Part shown: positions 1 to 9,254 of the stretch, piece by piece
How positions within the stretch are numbered: the first letter of the stretch is position 1
Layout: every line of letters begins with the position of its first letter
Origin: an uncultured Candidatus Saccharibacteria bacterium
GTDB lineage: Bacteria; Patescibacteriota; Saccharimonadia; UBA4664; CAZJNH01
Assembly (NCBI GenBank): GCA_964547425.1
Contig: CAZJNH010000003.1
Coordinates: forward strand, 1 to 59,413
Direction: 5' to 3'
Length of the DNA: 59,413 nt
The notes under the pieces: model-generated
What the model was told of the DNA's origin: nothing
Databases searched by the model: none
Seen by the model: only the letters and a program-made list of their open reading frames with translations
Program-made: the position numbers and the translations under genes

Positions 1-3000
1 TTTCCTTTGACGTCGTCCAGTCGGTCCTGGCCGGCAACGGTCTAGGTACCAGTGGAGATGGCTTAGTTGTTAACACCGGCACTGGTTTGACGATTACCTC
101 CGACAATGTTGCCATCGACCAGGCTTCATCCCTAACTTGGACCGGTACCGAGACCTTTACACCGAGCGGTAGTAACGGCTTTGCTCTCAACTTAGATTCC
201 AACTCTTTAGCCACCATCAACCAAACCTTCACCTCCACCACTACCGCCGACGGCCTTACCTACACAATCACCAACCAATCCACTTCGGGAACCCAGCATG
301 GTCTGGTGATTTCCAACGCCGACGACGCGGCGAACGCCAGCACGGAAGGTTTACTGCAGATTAACAACAACGAAACAACCGCCAACACCGTCCCGGCCTA
401 TCTCCAGATCACCAAGGCTTCGACCGGCCCAGACACTACAGCCATCGCGTTGGATGTTTCGGACTCCGACCTTGGTGTCGCCCTAGCCATTGGTACCAAT
501 GACATTACAACTGGTGCAACTACCATCTCATCGACTGAACTGGATGTCCTAGACGGCGGCGTCAACTTCAACGAGATTGGCGCTGGCACCAACACCAATG
601 CTCTGGTCATTGGCTCTGGCGGCTCGCTCACCACCTCTGGTACCGGTACTATCACTGCCACCGATGTGGCTTGCACCGACTGTATAGCTCTAACCACTGA
701 GACTACCGGTAACTATGTGGCCTCCATCACCGCCGGTAATGGTTTAACCGGTGACGTGGCCTCTGAAGGTTCCACTCCAACCATCGCAGTCGCCTCCGCC
801 AACGGTGGCATTGTGGTCAACGCTGACAACATTGCACTAACCGTAGCACCTTCGGCTGACGGCCTGTCATCTACCACCTCATCCGGCTCCGGCCTGGAAG
901 TCCTTTCAACGGGGGTTGCCTTACTCCAGGGTTGTAGCGATACTCAAGTCCTGAAATGGAATGAAACCAGCGACGTTTGGGCATGTAATGCTGATGCGAC
1001 TGACAGTACTACATTGGCTGGCGCATACACTAACGGTTCGGCGGGGGACCAAACCATTACTCTAAGCACGGCCAATGACTCGATTATCATCAGCAACCCG
1101 TCATCTTCAGGTACGGATTCGACCTTTATGTTTGAGCTCAGTAACCTTTCTGGAACCGACAAGACAGGTCTCCTGATTGCATCGGCTGCTTCCGGGATGA
1201 CTAACGCGATCGATGCTTCCGATGCCGACATCGTGAACGCTCTGAATGTGGGTGCCAACACCATTACCGGCGCCGGTTACTTACTGACATCAACTGCTTC
1301 TGGTTTAACGGTCAACTCAACCTCGGCTGATCTTGCTCTGACCACTACAACCTCTGGCAACATCACCGTAACGCCAGGCGGAGCGGGCGATACCAGCTTC
1401 GGTATCGATGCCGACTCCGTTGTAAGCTTTACCGCCAGCGCGGTTCCGGCGATCGACATGGTAACCATCACCAACGCGGGCCAAGGGGTTACTACCTCCG
1501 GAGTAAGTGCTTTGCAAATTACCTATGCTGGTGGTTCCGGCGCGGTTGAATCTAGCGGCGAACGGATTGACTTAACGGCGGGAGGTACTGCCGCATCAAC
1601 CTGGAACGCGCTTCGAATAACGACCAGTGCTCCAGCAGCCGTTGCCATGACTGAAAACGCCTTAAAGATTGAGGGTGCAGCTGCTGGGTCAACCTCAACC
1701 CTCAATGGTGTGTTTCTTGCCAACGTCACTGGCGGTGCGGGTAATGAATATGGCTTCCATGTTGGGACTGGTTGGGACGCCGGCTTAGTCTTTGACGACA
1801 CCACGCCAACCATCAAACTTAACGCAACCGATAATACTGGTGTACTAAGCATTACTGACGCCTGTACGACCTCTTGTGCCGACGCAGGCACCGCAAACAA
1901 CAACCTGTTGCAGCTTCGGGACCTTAGCACTAACTTTGGTGCTGCTGTAACTTCCGGCGCGTTTATCAGCCGCAACTCGGCTTATGACGAGGAGTTCAAT
2001 ACCTTTAACGGCACGACTACCGGTTGTGTGACTAGCAACACGACTACAGAAACCAACACCTTGAATGCCCGGGGTGACTACGGCAGCCATGGTGGAACAA
2101 CCAGTCTATGCCAGGCTAACGCCGGTGAGCTTACTTTCAGCCTCAAACTCGGAGGTACTCTGGGCGGTAACCTCTGTAGCGCAACTCAGCTTTCAGATGC
2201 AACAGGAAACGTTAACGGTGTAGAGAGAATCACCGCAACTTCATCTGCTACCGCTACTAATACCGCGAACTGCGTTGAGACTCTTGGTGGCCAGACCGCC
2301 ACAACTTCCAACAAGATCTACGCTGCCGCAAACTTGCCTGTAATGGAGATGAAGGTAAGGCCTTCCACCCTTACCGCCTCGAGCAACAACGCTAGGGTTT
2401 ACATCGGTGCCGCTAACAGCAACACGGCTAACACCGGTAACGGCGCAGGCGAACCGCAAAACGGCATATTCTTTACGAACTGTTCTACATATAGCACAAC
2501 GGCCCCTACGGGCTGTAGTAATACTACTTGGTATGGAGTTGTCTCTAGCGCCGGCGCGGCCACGGTCGTTACGTGTACAGGTACAATGTCTACTACCAAA
2601 TTCGCGCTTTTGAGGATTGAGGTTAGAGGTAGCAGTGACGTGCACTTCTTTATCGACCCAGACGTCTCAAATGGTGTTAACGAGGTAGAATGTGGCACAG
2701 GAGCGGCCACCAATGTGCCTTCGGCCAACCTGGCCCCATGGGTACAAGCTATGTTTATGACTAACACCGCAACCTCTACGGTCCTTGACCTTGATTTCAT
2801 ACGGACCTGGCAAGACGACAACCAGCCAACGGGTGATACAAATGATCCCATCGATAGCCAAAGTGGTGTTTCCGATGACCCGTTACAGGTTGATAGCCTT
2901 TCGCCATCCGATCAATCGGGTAAGGATTCTGGATTCGACGGCAGAGTCTTGTTGTCGCAATTTATGGCGCAGACGGATGATGAGAACCAGGCTGTGTTGA

Positions 3001-4250
3001 CTTCGGGTAATGAGATCGATACTGATAGGTTGGTGGCGAAGGGTGCGATTGTGGCGCCGACTGTGACGACCGACAAGCTGCAAACTAATTCGGTGGAGGC
3101 GGCGACGGGGAAGGATATTACGCTTAAACCTGGTGCTGACGGCAAGGTCGCGATCCAGGGAGCCGATGGAGCTGTCGCGAGCATAGACGATAAAGGTAAC
3201 GCGGACTTTAACGGCTCCGTTTCGGCCGATCAGATAAGCGGTAACCAAGTGGTTGGAACCAATATCGGTCAGCGCTATTACACCAACGACTCGTCTCTCG
3301 AGGTCGGGGATCTGGTGTCGGTTGATCCGTCGCTCGAGCATGGTGTCAAAAAGGCTTCCGGGAAGAATGATCCGGGGCTGGTCGGTGTCGTGTCGACTGG
3401 ACCGGGCCTGATTGTGGGCGATATCCAGTCGCAGGGGACGGAAGTCATCGTGGCGGCCTCGGGAACCGTATCGGTCAAGGTTAATAAAGAAAACGGCGCG
3501 ATCGTGGCCGGAGATCCGCTAACATCATCTTCAACACCAGGAGTCGCGATGAAGGCAACTGGTAACGCGCCGATTATCGGGCGGTCCATTGACGCCTTCG
3601 ACGCCGATGGTGTTGGCCGAGTCCTCACGGTGGTAAACAATAGCGCCGGAACCAGCGCCGACCTATCAACTGAACTCAAGGGACTGTCCGACCGCGTCGC
3701 CCAGCTGGAGCAGAAGCTGCCGGCTGATGGTACTACTCAGACGGGGACAGACGCGACGGCTCAACCTACCGGTCAGCCTGCTCAGAGTGATCAAACTACA
3801 TTGCAGAACTTAAGCGTTCAATCCGAGACGGTAGCCATCGACCTAAACGTAATGGGAACCCTGGAAGTAGCTGGCGCGCTAACTATCGGTGGCCCGGCCG
3901 AATTCAAGGCGCCAAGTACCTTTGACTCGCTGGTAGCTTTCGTTGGTAACGCCATCTTCCACGGTAACGTCACCTTCGAGAAAGCGCCGACCTTTAGCAA
4001 CAACACCGCCGGGTTCGCGCTCATCAAGACCGGCGAGCAAACGGTTCACATCGACTTTACCGACGAATACGCCACGCTTCCGGTGGTCACTGCCAGTGTT
4101 GGCAACGGCAAATTCGCCAGCTACTCGATCAATAACGTCACCACCAAAGGCTTTGATATCGTGTTGAAGGACGTCTCAACCGATGACCTCAACTTCAACT
4201 GGATCGCCATCGCCGCCAAAGACGCCCAAACGGCGGTCAACCATCCCTAA
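1..4250 (+). CDS. giant Thr/Ser/Gly/Asn/Ala-rich secreted or cell-surface protein; the 5' end lies upstream of the window
   Basis: Frame 3 is open from the first bases of the window. The TTG at 87 is only the first start-like codon, so the gene continues upstream. It encodes >1,387 aa dominated by T/S/G/A/N/V with no internal TM segments. A coiled-coil-like 'LSDRVAQLEQKL' lies near 3,690. The many short antisense ORFs are shadows of this gene. Confidence 0.7.
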   Translation, partial: SFDVVQSVLAGNGLGTSGDGLVVNTGTGLTITSDNVAIDQASSLTWTGTETFTPSGSNGFALNLDSNSLATINQTFTSTTTADGLTYTITNQSTSGTQHGLVISNADDAANASTEGLLQINNNETTANTVPAYLQITKASTGPDTTAIALDVSDSDLGVALAIGTNDITTGATTISSTELDVLDGGVNFNEIGAGTNTNALVIGSGGSLTTSGTGTITATDVACTDCIALTTETTGNYVASITAGNGLTGDVASEGSTPTIAVASANGGIVVNADNIALTVAPSADGLSSTTSSGSGLEVLSTGVALLQGCSDTQVLKWNETSDVWACNADATDSTTLAGAYTNGSAGDQTITLSTANDSIIISNPSSSGTDSTFMFELSNLSGTDKTGLLIASAASGMTNAIDASDADIVNALNVGANTITGAGYLLTSTASGLTVNSTSADLALTTTTSGNITVTPGGAGDTSFGIDADSVVSFTASAVPAIDMVTITNAGQGVTTSGVSALQITYAGGSGAVESSGERIDLTAGGTAASTWNALRITTSAPAAVAMTENALKIEGAAAGSTSTLNGVFLANVTGGAGNEYGFHVGTGWDAGLVFDDTTPTIKLNATDNTGVLSITDACTTSCADAGTANNNLLQLRDLSTNFGAAVTSGAFISRNSAYDEEFNTFNGTTTGCVTSNTTTETNTLNARGDYGSHGGTTSLCQANAGELTFSLKLGGTLGGNLCSATQLSDATGNVNGVERITATSSATATNTANCVETLGGQTATTSNKIYAAANLPVMEMKVRPSTLTASSNNARVYIGAANSNTANTGNGAGEPQNGIFFTNCSTYSTTAPTGCSNTTWYGVVSSAGAATVVTCTGTMSTTKFALLRIEVRGSSDVHFFIDPDVSNGVNEVECGTGAATNVPSANLAPWVQAMFMTNTATSTVLDLDFIRTWQDDNQPTGDTNDPIDSQSGVSDDPLQVDSLSPSDQSGKDSGFDGRVLLSQFMAQTDDENQAVLTSGNEIDTDRLVAKGAIVAPTVTTDKLQTNSVEAATGKDITLKPGADGKVAIQGADGAVASIDDKGNADFNGSVSADQISGNQVVGTNIGQRYYTNDSSLEVGDLVSVDPSLEHGVKKASGKNDPGLVGVVSTGPGLIVGDIQSQGTEVIVAASGTVSVKVNKENGAIVAGDPLTSSSTPGVAMKATGNAPIIGRSIDAFDADGVGRVLTVVNNSAGTSADLSTELKGLSDRVAQLEQKLPADGTTQTGTDATAQPTGQPAQSDQTTLQNLSVQSETVAIDLNVMGTLEVAGALTIGGPAEFKAPSTFDSLVAFVGNAIFHGNVTFEKAPTFSNNTAGFALIKTGEQTVHIDFTDEYATLPVVTASVGNGKFASYSINNVTTKGFDIVLKDVSTDDLNFNWIAIAAKDAQTAVNHP

Positions 4251-4269
4251 TAAGATATAATTACTTGTA

Positions 4270-5961
4270 ATGCTAAGAGGGTGGAAGAAACTGTTATTGG
4301 TATTGCTGGGCTGTATTAGCCTCAGCTTCTTGCTTTACGCCTTCAGCTTGCACGGCGCTTTTGTCCGAGACGACTTTTTATACGCCGACCGTACAGATCT
4401 TCATACTAAATCGGCGCTTTGGCATTTGTGGGGCCAGTCTTATACACCACTGAACAACCACATCGGGGTTTATCGGCCTTTGACGTTATCGACTTTTGCT
4501 ATTAATTTCATTGTTTTCGGCGGTGGTACGACCAGCTTCCATGTCGTCAACGTTATTCTCAACGGAGTGGTTATTTGGCTGGTTTTCCTTCTGGTACAAG
4601 CATTATTTGACGACGATAATCTAGCAATCCTGGCGGCACTTTTGTTCGCGTTCTTGCCGATACATACCGAAGCCATCGCGTTCGTTAAGTCCAGGGATGA
4701 GATATTGGCGGCGTTATTCGGTCTTCTTTCCTGGTTGAGTTTCATTTATTCGCAGAAAAAGAAAAAACTAAAATACCTCTGGCTGTCGCTCAGCTCGGCT
4801 TTTTTTGTACTGACCCTGCTCTCAAAAGAAACCCTGCTTACATTACCTGCGATTTTTATATTGGTGGCCTGGCTAAGAGGGGAAGCGAAAAAAATCAAAG
4901 AACTTATAGCGATTGGCTTGATCTATGCCGTGCCGCTGATACCGTACTTTTTTCTCCGCTGGCGCGTCTTAGGCCCTTCTGCGTTCGGAAACGACAATGC
5001 ACTTTATGACATCAACCCCCTTAAAGATGCAGGATTTATTACTAGATTCGCGACTGGGTGCAAGCTGGCGTTTTTGATGTTAGGCAAAACCCTCTTACCT
5101 CTGAATCTAACCGCTACATACAACTTCAACAGCGTACCCTTGATATCCAATGTCTTCAGCTCGTGGGAGGCAGTTGTAGGGCTGCTAATGCTGCTGGCTT
5201 TACTGTTCGCAGCGATTTGGCCCAAGTTCCCGAAGATGATACGAGTTGGGAGTATCGTTTTGCTCGTGAGCTACTTTATGGTTTCAAAATTTCTCTTCTC
5301 GGGCGGGGAAATAACCGGTGAACGCTGGATGTATTTTCCTTCAATCGGCTTAGTTTTAATTGGCGCCTATTTACTCGAGAAAGCGTTCAAAAAGAAAGAG
5401 TGGATTGGACTGGCTATTTTGGCTCCATTGCTCGCTTGGTATGGCTATGCCGCTATTAATCGCAACCTTGCCTGGATAAACCAGAAGACGTTAGGAGAAA
5501 GTATGATAAAGACCTCTCCCAACAGCGTTGTTAGCTACCTTTCCCTAGCTGGCTGGTACTACACCAGACAAGAGTATCCTGAGGCTGAGAAAGTAATAGA
5601 CAGAGGTAAGCAAGTGGATCCCCACTACCCACCGCTACAAGAATTTGTTGGCCAGTTGGAGTTCAAAAAGCACAATTACGAGGCCGCGGCAGCGGCTTAT
5701 CGAGACGCAATCGAACACCACGATCAGGAATATTTTACTTTTGTTTCGTACGCTCAAAGCCTAACCAAAGCCCATCATTATCTCGATGCCATCGACCTTA
5801 TCGATAATGTACTAAAACCCACATTCAAGGATCCTCAGCTGGAGTTCATAAAATCGGTCTGTTACTTCAGGCTGGGGAATAACAAAAAAGCCCTGGAATA
5901 CTTTGACTGGGGACCAAACTTAACTCTGGAGCAAAAGTGGATTCACGTAAAAGAGTACTAA
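4270..5961 (+). CDS. polytopic membrane GT-C-type glycosyltransferase with C-terminal TPR-like repeats (TMTC/PMT/ArnT-like), paralog 1
   Basis: 563 aa with about 10 hydrophobic segments. An acidic 'FSLHGAFVRDD' motif follows TM1. The blocks 'GVYRPLT', 'FAFLPIHTEAIAFVKSRDE' and 'ERWMYFPSIG' are shared with 7533..9254. The C-terminal ~150 aa are helical-repeat (TPR-like) with Y/A/E-rich pairs. Confidence 0.65.
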   Translation: MLRGWKKLLLVLLGCISLSFLLYAFSLHGAFVRDDFLYADRTDLHTKSALWHLWGQSYTPLNNHIGVYRPLTLSTFAINFIVFGGGTTSFHVVNVILNGVVIWLVFLLVQALFDDDNLAILAALLFAFLPIHTEAIAFVKSRDEILAALFGLLSWLSFIYSQKKKKLKYLWLSLSSAFFVLTLLSKETLLTLPAIFILVAWLRGEAKKIKELIAIGLIYAVPLIPYFFLRWRVLGPSAFGNDNALYDINPLKDAGFITRFATGCKLAFLMLGKTLLPLNLTATYNFNSVPLISNVFSSWEAVVGLLMLLALLFAAIWPKFPKMIRVGSIVLLVSYFMVSKFLFSGGEITGERWMYFPSIGLVLIGAYLLEKAFKKKEWIGLAILAPLLAWYGYAAINRNLAWINQKTLGESMIKTSPNSVVSYLSLAGWYYTRQEYPEAEKVIDRGKQVDPHYPPLQEFVGQLEFKKHNYEAAAAAYRDAIEHHDQEYFTFVSYAQSLTKAHHYLDAIDLIDNVLKPTFKDPQLEFIKSVCYFRLGNNKKALEYFDWGPNLTLEQKWIHVKEY

Positions 5962-6341
5962 GTCCGAACAGGGAGGGTATTACTTCCAGGAGATTATGGG
6001 AAATCGTTGCAATTATTGCCGTATCAACAGTGCTGCCGACGATCCTGCTACTAGGCTCTTACCACAAGGCTGTTGCAAGGTTTGAGGCTTTAAGTGAGTT
6101 GAGCCCGGCAGAACACACTAAAAAAGTAATCGAACTTGTTAACGCGTTAATACCAACTCAAAGTGATGAAATACCAGAGGTACTAACTTTGATTGACCCC
6201 TCAAAACTCCCGAATGATCCGTTTTTTAAAGATGCTCAAAAGGACGACGAGTACTTGATCTACCACGTCAGCGGGCGGCAGGTTTTATATAGGCCATCCG
6301 ACAACAAGATCATCAACAAGTCAGGATTTTCTACACCTTAA
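5937..6341 (+). CDS. small N-terminally membrane-anchored protein of the 'FFKDAQ..D..LIY....LYRPS..KII' family, paralog 1
   Basis: 134 aa with one TM helix ('LWEIVAIIAVSTVLPTILLLG'). The C-terminal motif 'FFKDAQKDDEYLIYHVSGRQVLYRPSDNKIIN' is shared with 9241..9618 and 10447..10848. The GTG start overlaps the 3' end of the upstream GT-C gene. Confidence 0.55.
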   Translation: MDSRKRVLSPNREGITSRRLWEIVAIIAVSTVLPTILLLGSYHKAVARFEALSELSPAEHTKKVIELVNALIPTQSDEIPEVLTLIDPSKLPNDPFFKDAQKDDEYLIYHVSGRQVLYRPSDNKIINKSGFSTP

Positions 6342-6375
6342 GTTTGTAGGCGACGGCCATGCCTTGGTTGAAGTG
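6337..6375. repeat. left copy of a ~40-bp direct repeat; a degenerate duplicate of the methyltransferase gene 3' end
   Basis: 'ttaag-tttgtaggcgacggccatgccttggttgaagtg' recurs at 6886..6931. The 35-bp core 6341..6375 is identical to 6897..6931. The left copy lacks 7 bp ('ccgtcag'). Confidence 0.9.
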
Positions 6376-6383
6376 GACGCATT

Positions 6384-6412
6384 TTGATGTTTTGATGCAT
6401 TGATGATATGCT
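6384..6412 (+). promoter_or_regulatory. putative promoter/operator of the toxin-antitoxin operon
   Basis: TTGATG(6384-6389)-17 nt-TATGCT(6407-6412), ending 6 nt before the ATG at 6419, which suggests a near-leaderless mRNA. Three 'TTGATG' direct repeats spaced 8 nt apart could be an operator. Confidence 0.4.
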
Positions 6413-6418
6413 TTGACT

Positions 6419-6637
6419 ATGAGAACAACTATTACGCTGAACGACAAAATCTATAAGGCACTGAAGGTAAGAGCGGCTGAAAGTGGAGAGTCTATCTCGG
6501 CTATGGTTGAGGACGCAATAAAATACCAAGTCCTCGAAGACTTAGCGGACATTAAGGCTATCGAAGAGCGGAAGAATGAGCCATCCATCGATCTAGATAC
6601 ATTCGTGAAGTCTCTCAAAGCCGATGGCCTCCTTTAA
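6419..6637 (+). CDS. ribbon-helix-helix (CopG/RelB-type) antitoxin
   Basis: 'MRTTITLNDKIYKALKVRAAESGESISAMVEDAIK' is a typical RHH N-terminus. The gene overlaps the downstream RelE-like gene by 14 nt. The ATG at 6419 is preferred over the TTG at 6413. Confidence 0.75.
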   Translation: MRTTITLNDKIYKALKVRAAESGESISAMVEDAIKYQVLEDLADIKAIEERKNEPSIDLDTFVKSLKADGLL

Positions 6638-6890
6638 AGTCGAGCTTAAGAAGTCTGCCAGCAAGGAAATCCGGAAACTACCAAAGTCTGTCCGCCAAAA
6701 AGTAATCGCGAAGATCCAGAGGCTGGCGAATAACCCTATTCCTGCATGGGCAGAAAAAATCGCCGGTACAGAAGCTACTTATCGTTTAAGGCAAGGTGAC
6801 TATCGTATCTTGTACGAGGTTGAGGGCAAACGGCTTATCGTCCTAATTATTCGAGTGGCTCATCGGCGCGAAGTCTATCGCAATCTTTAA
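6624..6890 (+). CDS. relE: RelE/ParE-family (RelE/StbE-type) toxin
   Basis: 88 aa. 'YRLRQGDYRILYEVEGKRLIVLIIRVAHRREVY' matches the conserved RelE/StbE C-terminal core. It forms a two-gene operon with the upstream RHH antitoxin. Confidence 0.85.
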   Translation: MASFKVELKKSASKEIRKLPKSVRQKVIAKIQRLANNPIPAWAEKIAGTEATYRLRQGDYRILYEVEGKRLIVLIIRVAHRREVYRNL

Positions 6891-6931
6891 GCCGTCAGTT
6901 TGTAGGCGACGGCCATGCCTTGGTTGAAGTG
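6886..6931. repeat. right copy of the direct repeat; this is the functional 3' end of the methyltransferase gene
   Basis: The reverse complement encodes '...HFNQGMAVAYKLTA*', the C-terminus of the 6887..7519 ORF. See 6337..6375. Confidence 0.9.
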
Positions 6932-7519
6932 AGTGACTTTTCTGATTGTTAGCCCCGTTGATTTGATGGTTTTCTCGAGGTGGTCTATAGAGAAGTGGCC
7001 CATATGGGCGTTGTGCCAGACCTTGCCTTTGAACTTTTCCCAGATGCCGAAGACGATGCGAAAAGGGAGATTGCCTGAGTCTACTTCGATAATGATTGTG
7101 CTGCCGGGCTTAACGACTCGCTTCATCTCGGCGATCGCGACGGAAATGTCGTAAAGGTGCTCGATAACTTCTGTGCAAATTACAACATCGAATGAGCCGG
7201 ACTTGAAGGGAAGCTTGTGGGCGTCGGCTTGCTGGAGGTCCAGTTTCCGGTAGCGTTTCTTCCCGTAGGTGATCGCATCGGGGTAAAGATCTACGCCGGT
7301 CAGCTGAGTTTTGGGAAACCGTTTTGAGACTTCATTGAGGAACCAGCCGGAGCCGCAGCCGACGTCGAGGATGGTTTTCGCATCGGCGGGAATAAGGTCG
7401 AGAACGGCCCGTAGTTTGCCTAGGTGCCAGATTTTCTGCAGCCAGTTTAAGGTCTGGTAATAGTCCGGCGGGACTTGCTCCAAAATCTTCTTTAGTTTGG
7501 CATCAGGTTGGGCTGGCAT
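6887..7519 (-). CDS. class I SAM-dependent methyltransferase
   Basis: Motif I 'ILDVGCGSGWF', an acidic post-I 'GVDL', and 'FDVVICTEVIEHL'. 210 aa. The ATG lies 13 bp from the divergent GT-C paralog 2 start. Confidence 0.8.
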   Translation of the reverse strand: MPAQPDAKLKKILEQVPPDYYQTLNWLQKIWHLGKLRAVLDLIPADAKTILDVGCGSGWFLNEVSKRFPKTQLTGVDLYPDAITYGKKRYRKLDLQQADAHKLPFKSGSFDVVICTEVIEHLYDISVAIAEMKRVVKPGSTIIIEVDSGNLPFRIVFGIWEKFKGKVWHNAHMGHFSIDHLEKTIKSTGLTIRKVTHFNQGMAVAYKLTA

Positions 7520-7532
7520 ATACTTTAGTGTA

Positions 7533-9254
7533 ATGCTTAAGGGGTTTTTGGTTAAGAACCGTTATTGGCTGGTGGCGCTCGGTTTCTGCCTGGCCATCAG
7601 CTTTATTTTGTACGGCTTTAGCCTCCACGGCGCGTTCGTGCGCGATGACACTTTGTTTTCGCCGCGGACCGATCTGCACTATGCCGGATCACTCGGGCAG
7701 GTATGGTTCCAGACATATATTCCGGGCATCCGGGAGGTTGGGGTTTACCGCCCATTAACGATTTTTACGTTTGCGCTGAACTTCGTCGTCTTTGGGTCAT
7801 CGACGGTTAGCTTCCATGTCTTTAACGTCATATTAAACGCGCTGAACATTTTCCTGGTCTTCGCCATTTTGCGCCGGCTTTTCAAAGAAGAGATGGTAGC
7901 GATTTTCGGCGCCGCGGTGTTTGCTTTCTTGCCAATCCACACCGAGGCGGTCGCCTTCATTAAATCCCGCGATGAGTTGCTGGCGACGTTCTTTAGTTTG
8001 CTGGCTTGGCTGGTTTTTATCCGGGCCACCAAGGCGAAGGAGATTAACTTCAAGAAGCTGTGGCTCTCCGCCGGCTTTTTTGTGCTGGCCGTTCTAGGAA
8101 AGGAGACTTTGTTTAGCGCTCCGGGAGTATTCTTGGCGGTGTGGTGGATGATGGATCGGCCTAAAATTAAGGATCTGGCCCGGGTTGCCTCGGTTTACGC
8201 GACCGCCGGAGCTGGCTATTTATTGTTGAGATTGTCGGTTCTTCACCAATACGCTTTCGGTAACGACAACGGTGAGTTTGTGGTGAACCAGCTGGTCGGG
8301 GCCAGCTTAGCGGAGCGCTTGGTGACCGGGTGTAAGATTGCCTTTTTGATGTTTTCAAAGAGCTTTGTGCCGTGGAATTTGAGTTCGGTTTATAACTACA
8401 ACCAGGTACAGGTAACTTCGAATCTGTTTGGATCCTGGCAGGCTTTAGGCGGTCTAGCGATGTTGCTGGGGTTATTGGCGCTGGTTGTAATGGGAATCAG
8501 GAACAAAGCCTGGCAGTGGGCGGGAGTCGGCGCGGCGATCACTCTAATCTCCTACGCCATGGTTTCGAAGATGATCTTTTCGGGCGGGGAGTTCGCGGCT
8601 GAGCGGTGGATGTATTTTCCGTCGATCGGCTTTGCTCTAATTCTGGGCTGGGGGATCGCTTGGCTCTACCGGCAGAAACAGTGGCTAGGGTTGGCAGTAG
8701 GCGGTGCTTTACTGCTTTACTACGGTGCCGTCACGGTGCCGCGCAACTTTGCTTGGCTAAACTCCCGGACCGTCATCGACAGCTTGCTGAAGAGCGCGCC
8801 AAAGGCCGCCATAACCTACCAGACGCAAGCGTCATGGTATCTGGACCACGGCGACCCTAAAGCCTGCGAGATTGCCGCCAAAAAGGCGTTGGCAATCTAC
8901 CCCGATTACTGGGAGGCGTACGAAATGCTGTCCAGGGCGGCCTTTGCCGAGGGCGACTGGGCGGCCAACGACCGTTACTTTACGCGGGCCTACCAGCTGG
9001 CGGCACCTTACACTACTATCCGCAGCCGGATCAGCCACGCGGAGGCGCTACTGCGGTTGAAACGTTACAAAGACGCTATCGCTGCCGCCCAACAGGTAAT
9101 GAGGTTGGCGCCGACGAGGGAAGCGTATCTAATTATCGCGGCGGGCAGCTATAAGCTCTACGGCCTCGACGTTGCCAAACACTTTTTGGGCCGCAGCGGC
9201 TTTCCGGTCAACGAGGAAATCAGGCAGATGAAGGAGCTACTTGGTGAAAAATAA
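7533..9254 (+). CDS. polytopic membrane GT-C-type glycosyltransferase with C-terminal TPR-like repeats, paralog 2
   Basis: Aligns end to end with 4270..5961 ('MLKGF...FSLHGAFVRDD', 'FAFLPIHTEAVAFIKSRDE', 'ERWMYFPSIG'). The start is set at ATG 7533 by alignment with paralog 1. The ORF-track TTG at 7497 would overlap the divergent methyltransferase. Confidence 0.65.
   Translation: MLKGFLVKNRYWLVALGFCLAISFILYGFSLHGAFVRDDTLFSPRTDLHYAGSLGQVWFQTYIPGIREVGVYRPLTIFTFALNFVVFGSSTVSFHVFNVILNALNIFLVFAILRRLFKEEMVAIFGAAVFAFLPIHTEAVAFIKSRDELLATFFSLLAWLVFIRATKAKEINFKKLWLSAGFFVLAVLGKETLFSAPGVFLAVWWMMDRPKIKDLARVASVYATAGAGYLLLRLSVLHQYAFGNDNGEFVVNQLVGASLAERLVTGCKIAFLMFSKSFVPWNLSSVYNYNQVQVTSNLFGSWQALGGLAMLLGLLALVVMGIRNKAWQWAGVGAAITLISYAMVSKMIFSGGEFAAERWMYFPSIGFALILGWGIAWLYRQKQWLGLAVGGALLLYYGAVTVPRNFAWLNSRTVIDSLLKSAPKAAITYQTQASWYLDHGDPKACEIAAKKALAIYPDYWEAYEMLSRAAFAEGDWAANDRYFTRAYQLAAPYTTIRSRISHAEALLRLKRYKDAIAAAQQVMRLAPTREAYLIIAAGSYKLYGLDVAKHFLGRSGFPVNEEIRQMKELLGEK

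Noticed and set aside
398-4167. About 18 ORFs of 60-150 aa on the minus strand and in alternative plus frames inside the giant surface-protein gene
   Set aside because: All lie within or antisense to a single uninterrupted 4.2-kb frame. Their compositions (R/P/S/V-rich) are typical shadow ORFs of a GC- and ACC/GGT-rich repeat gene, and none has an RBS.
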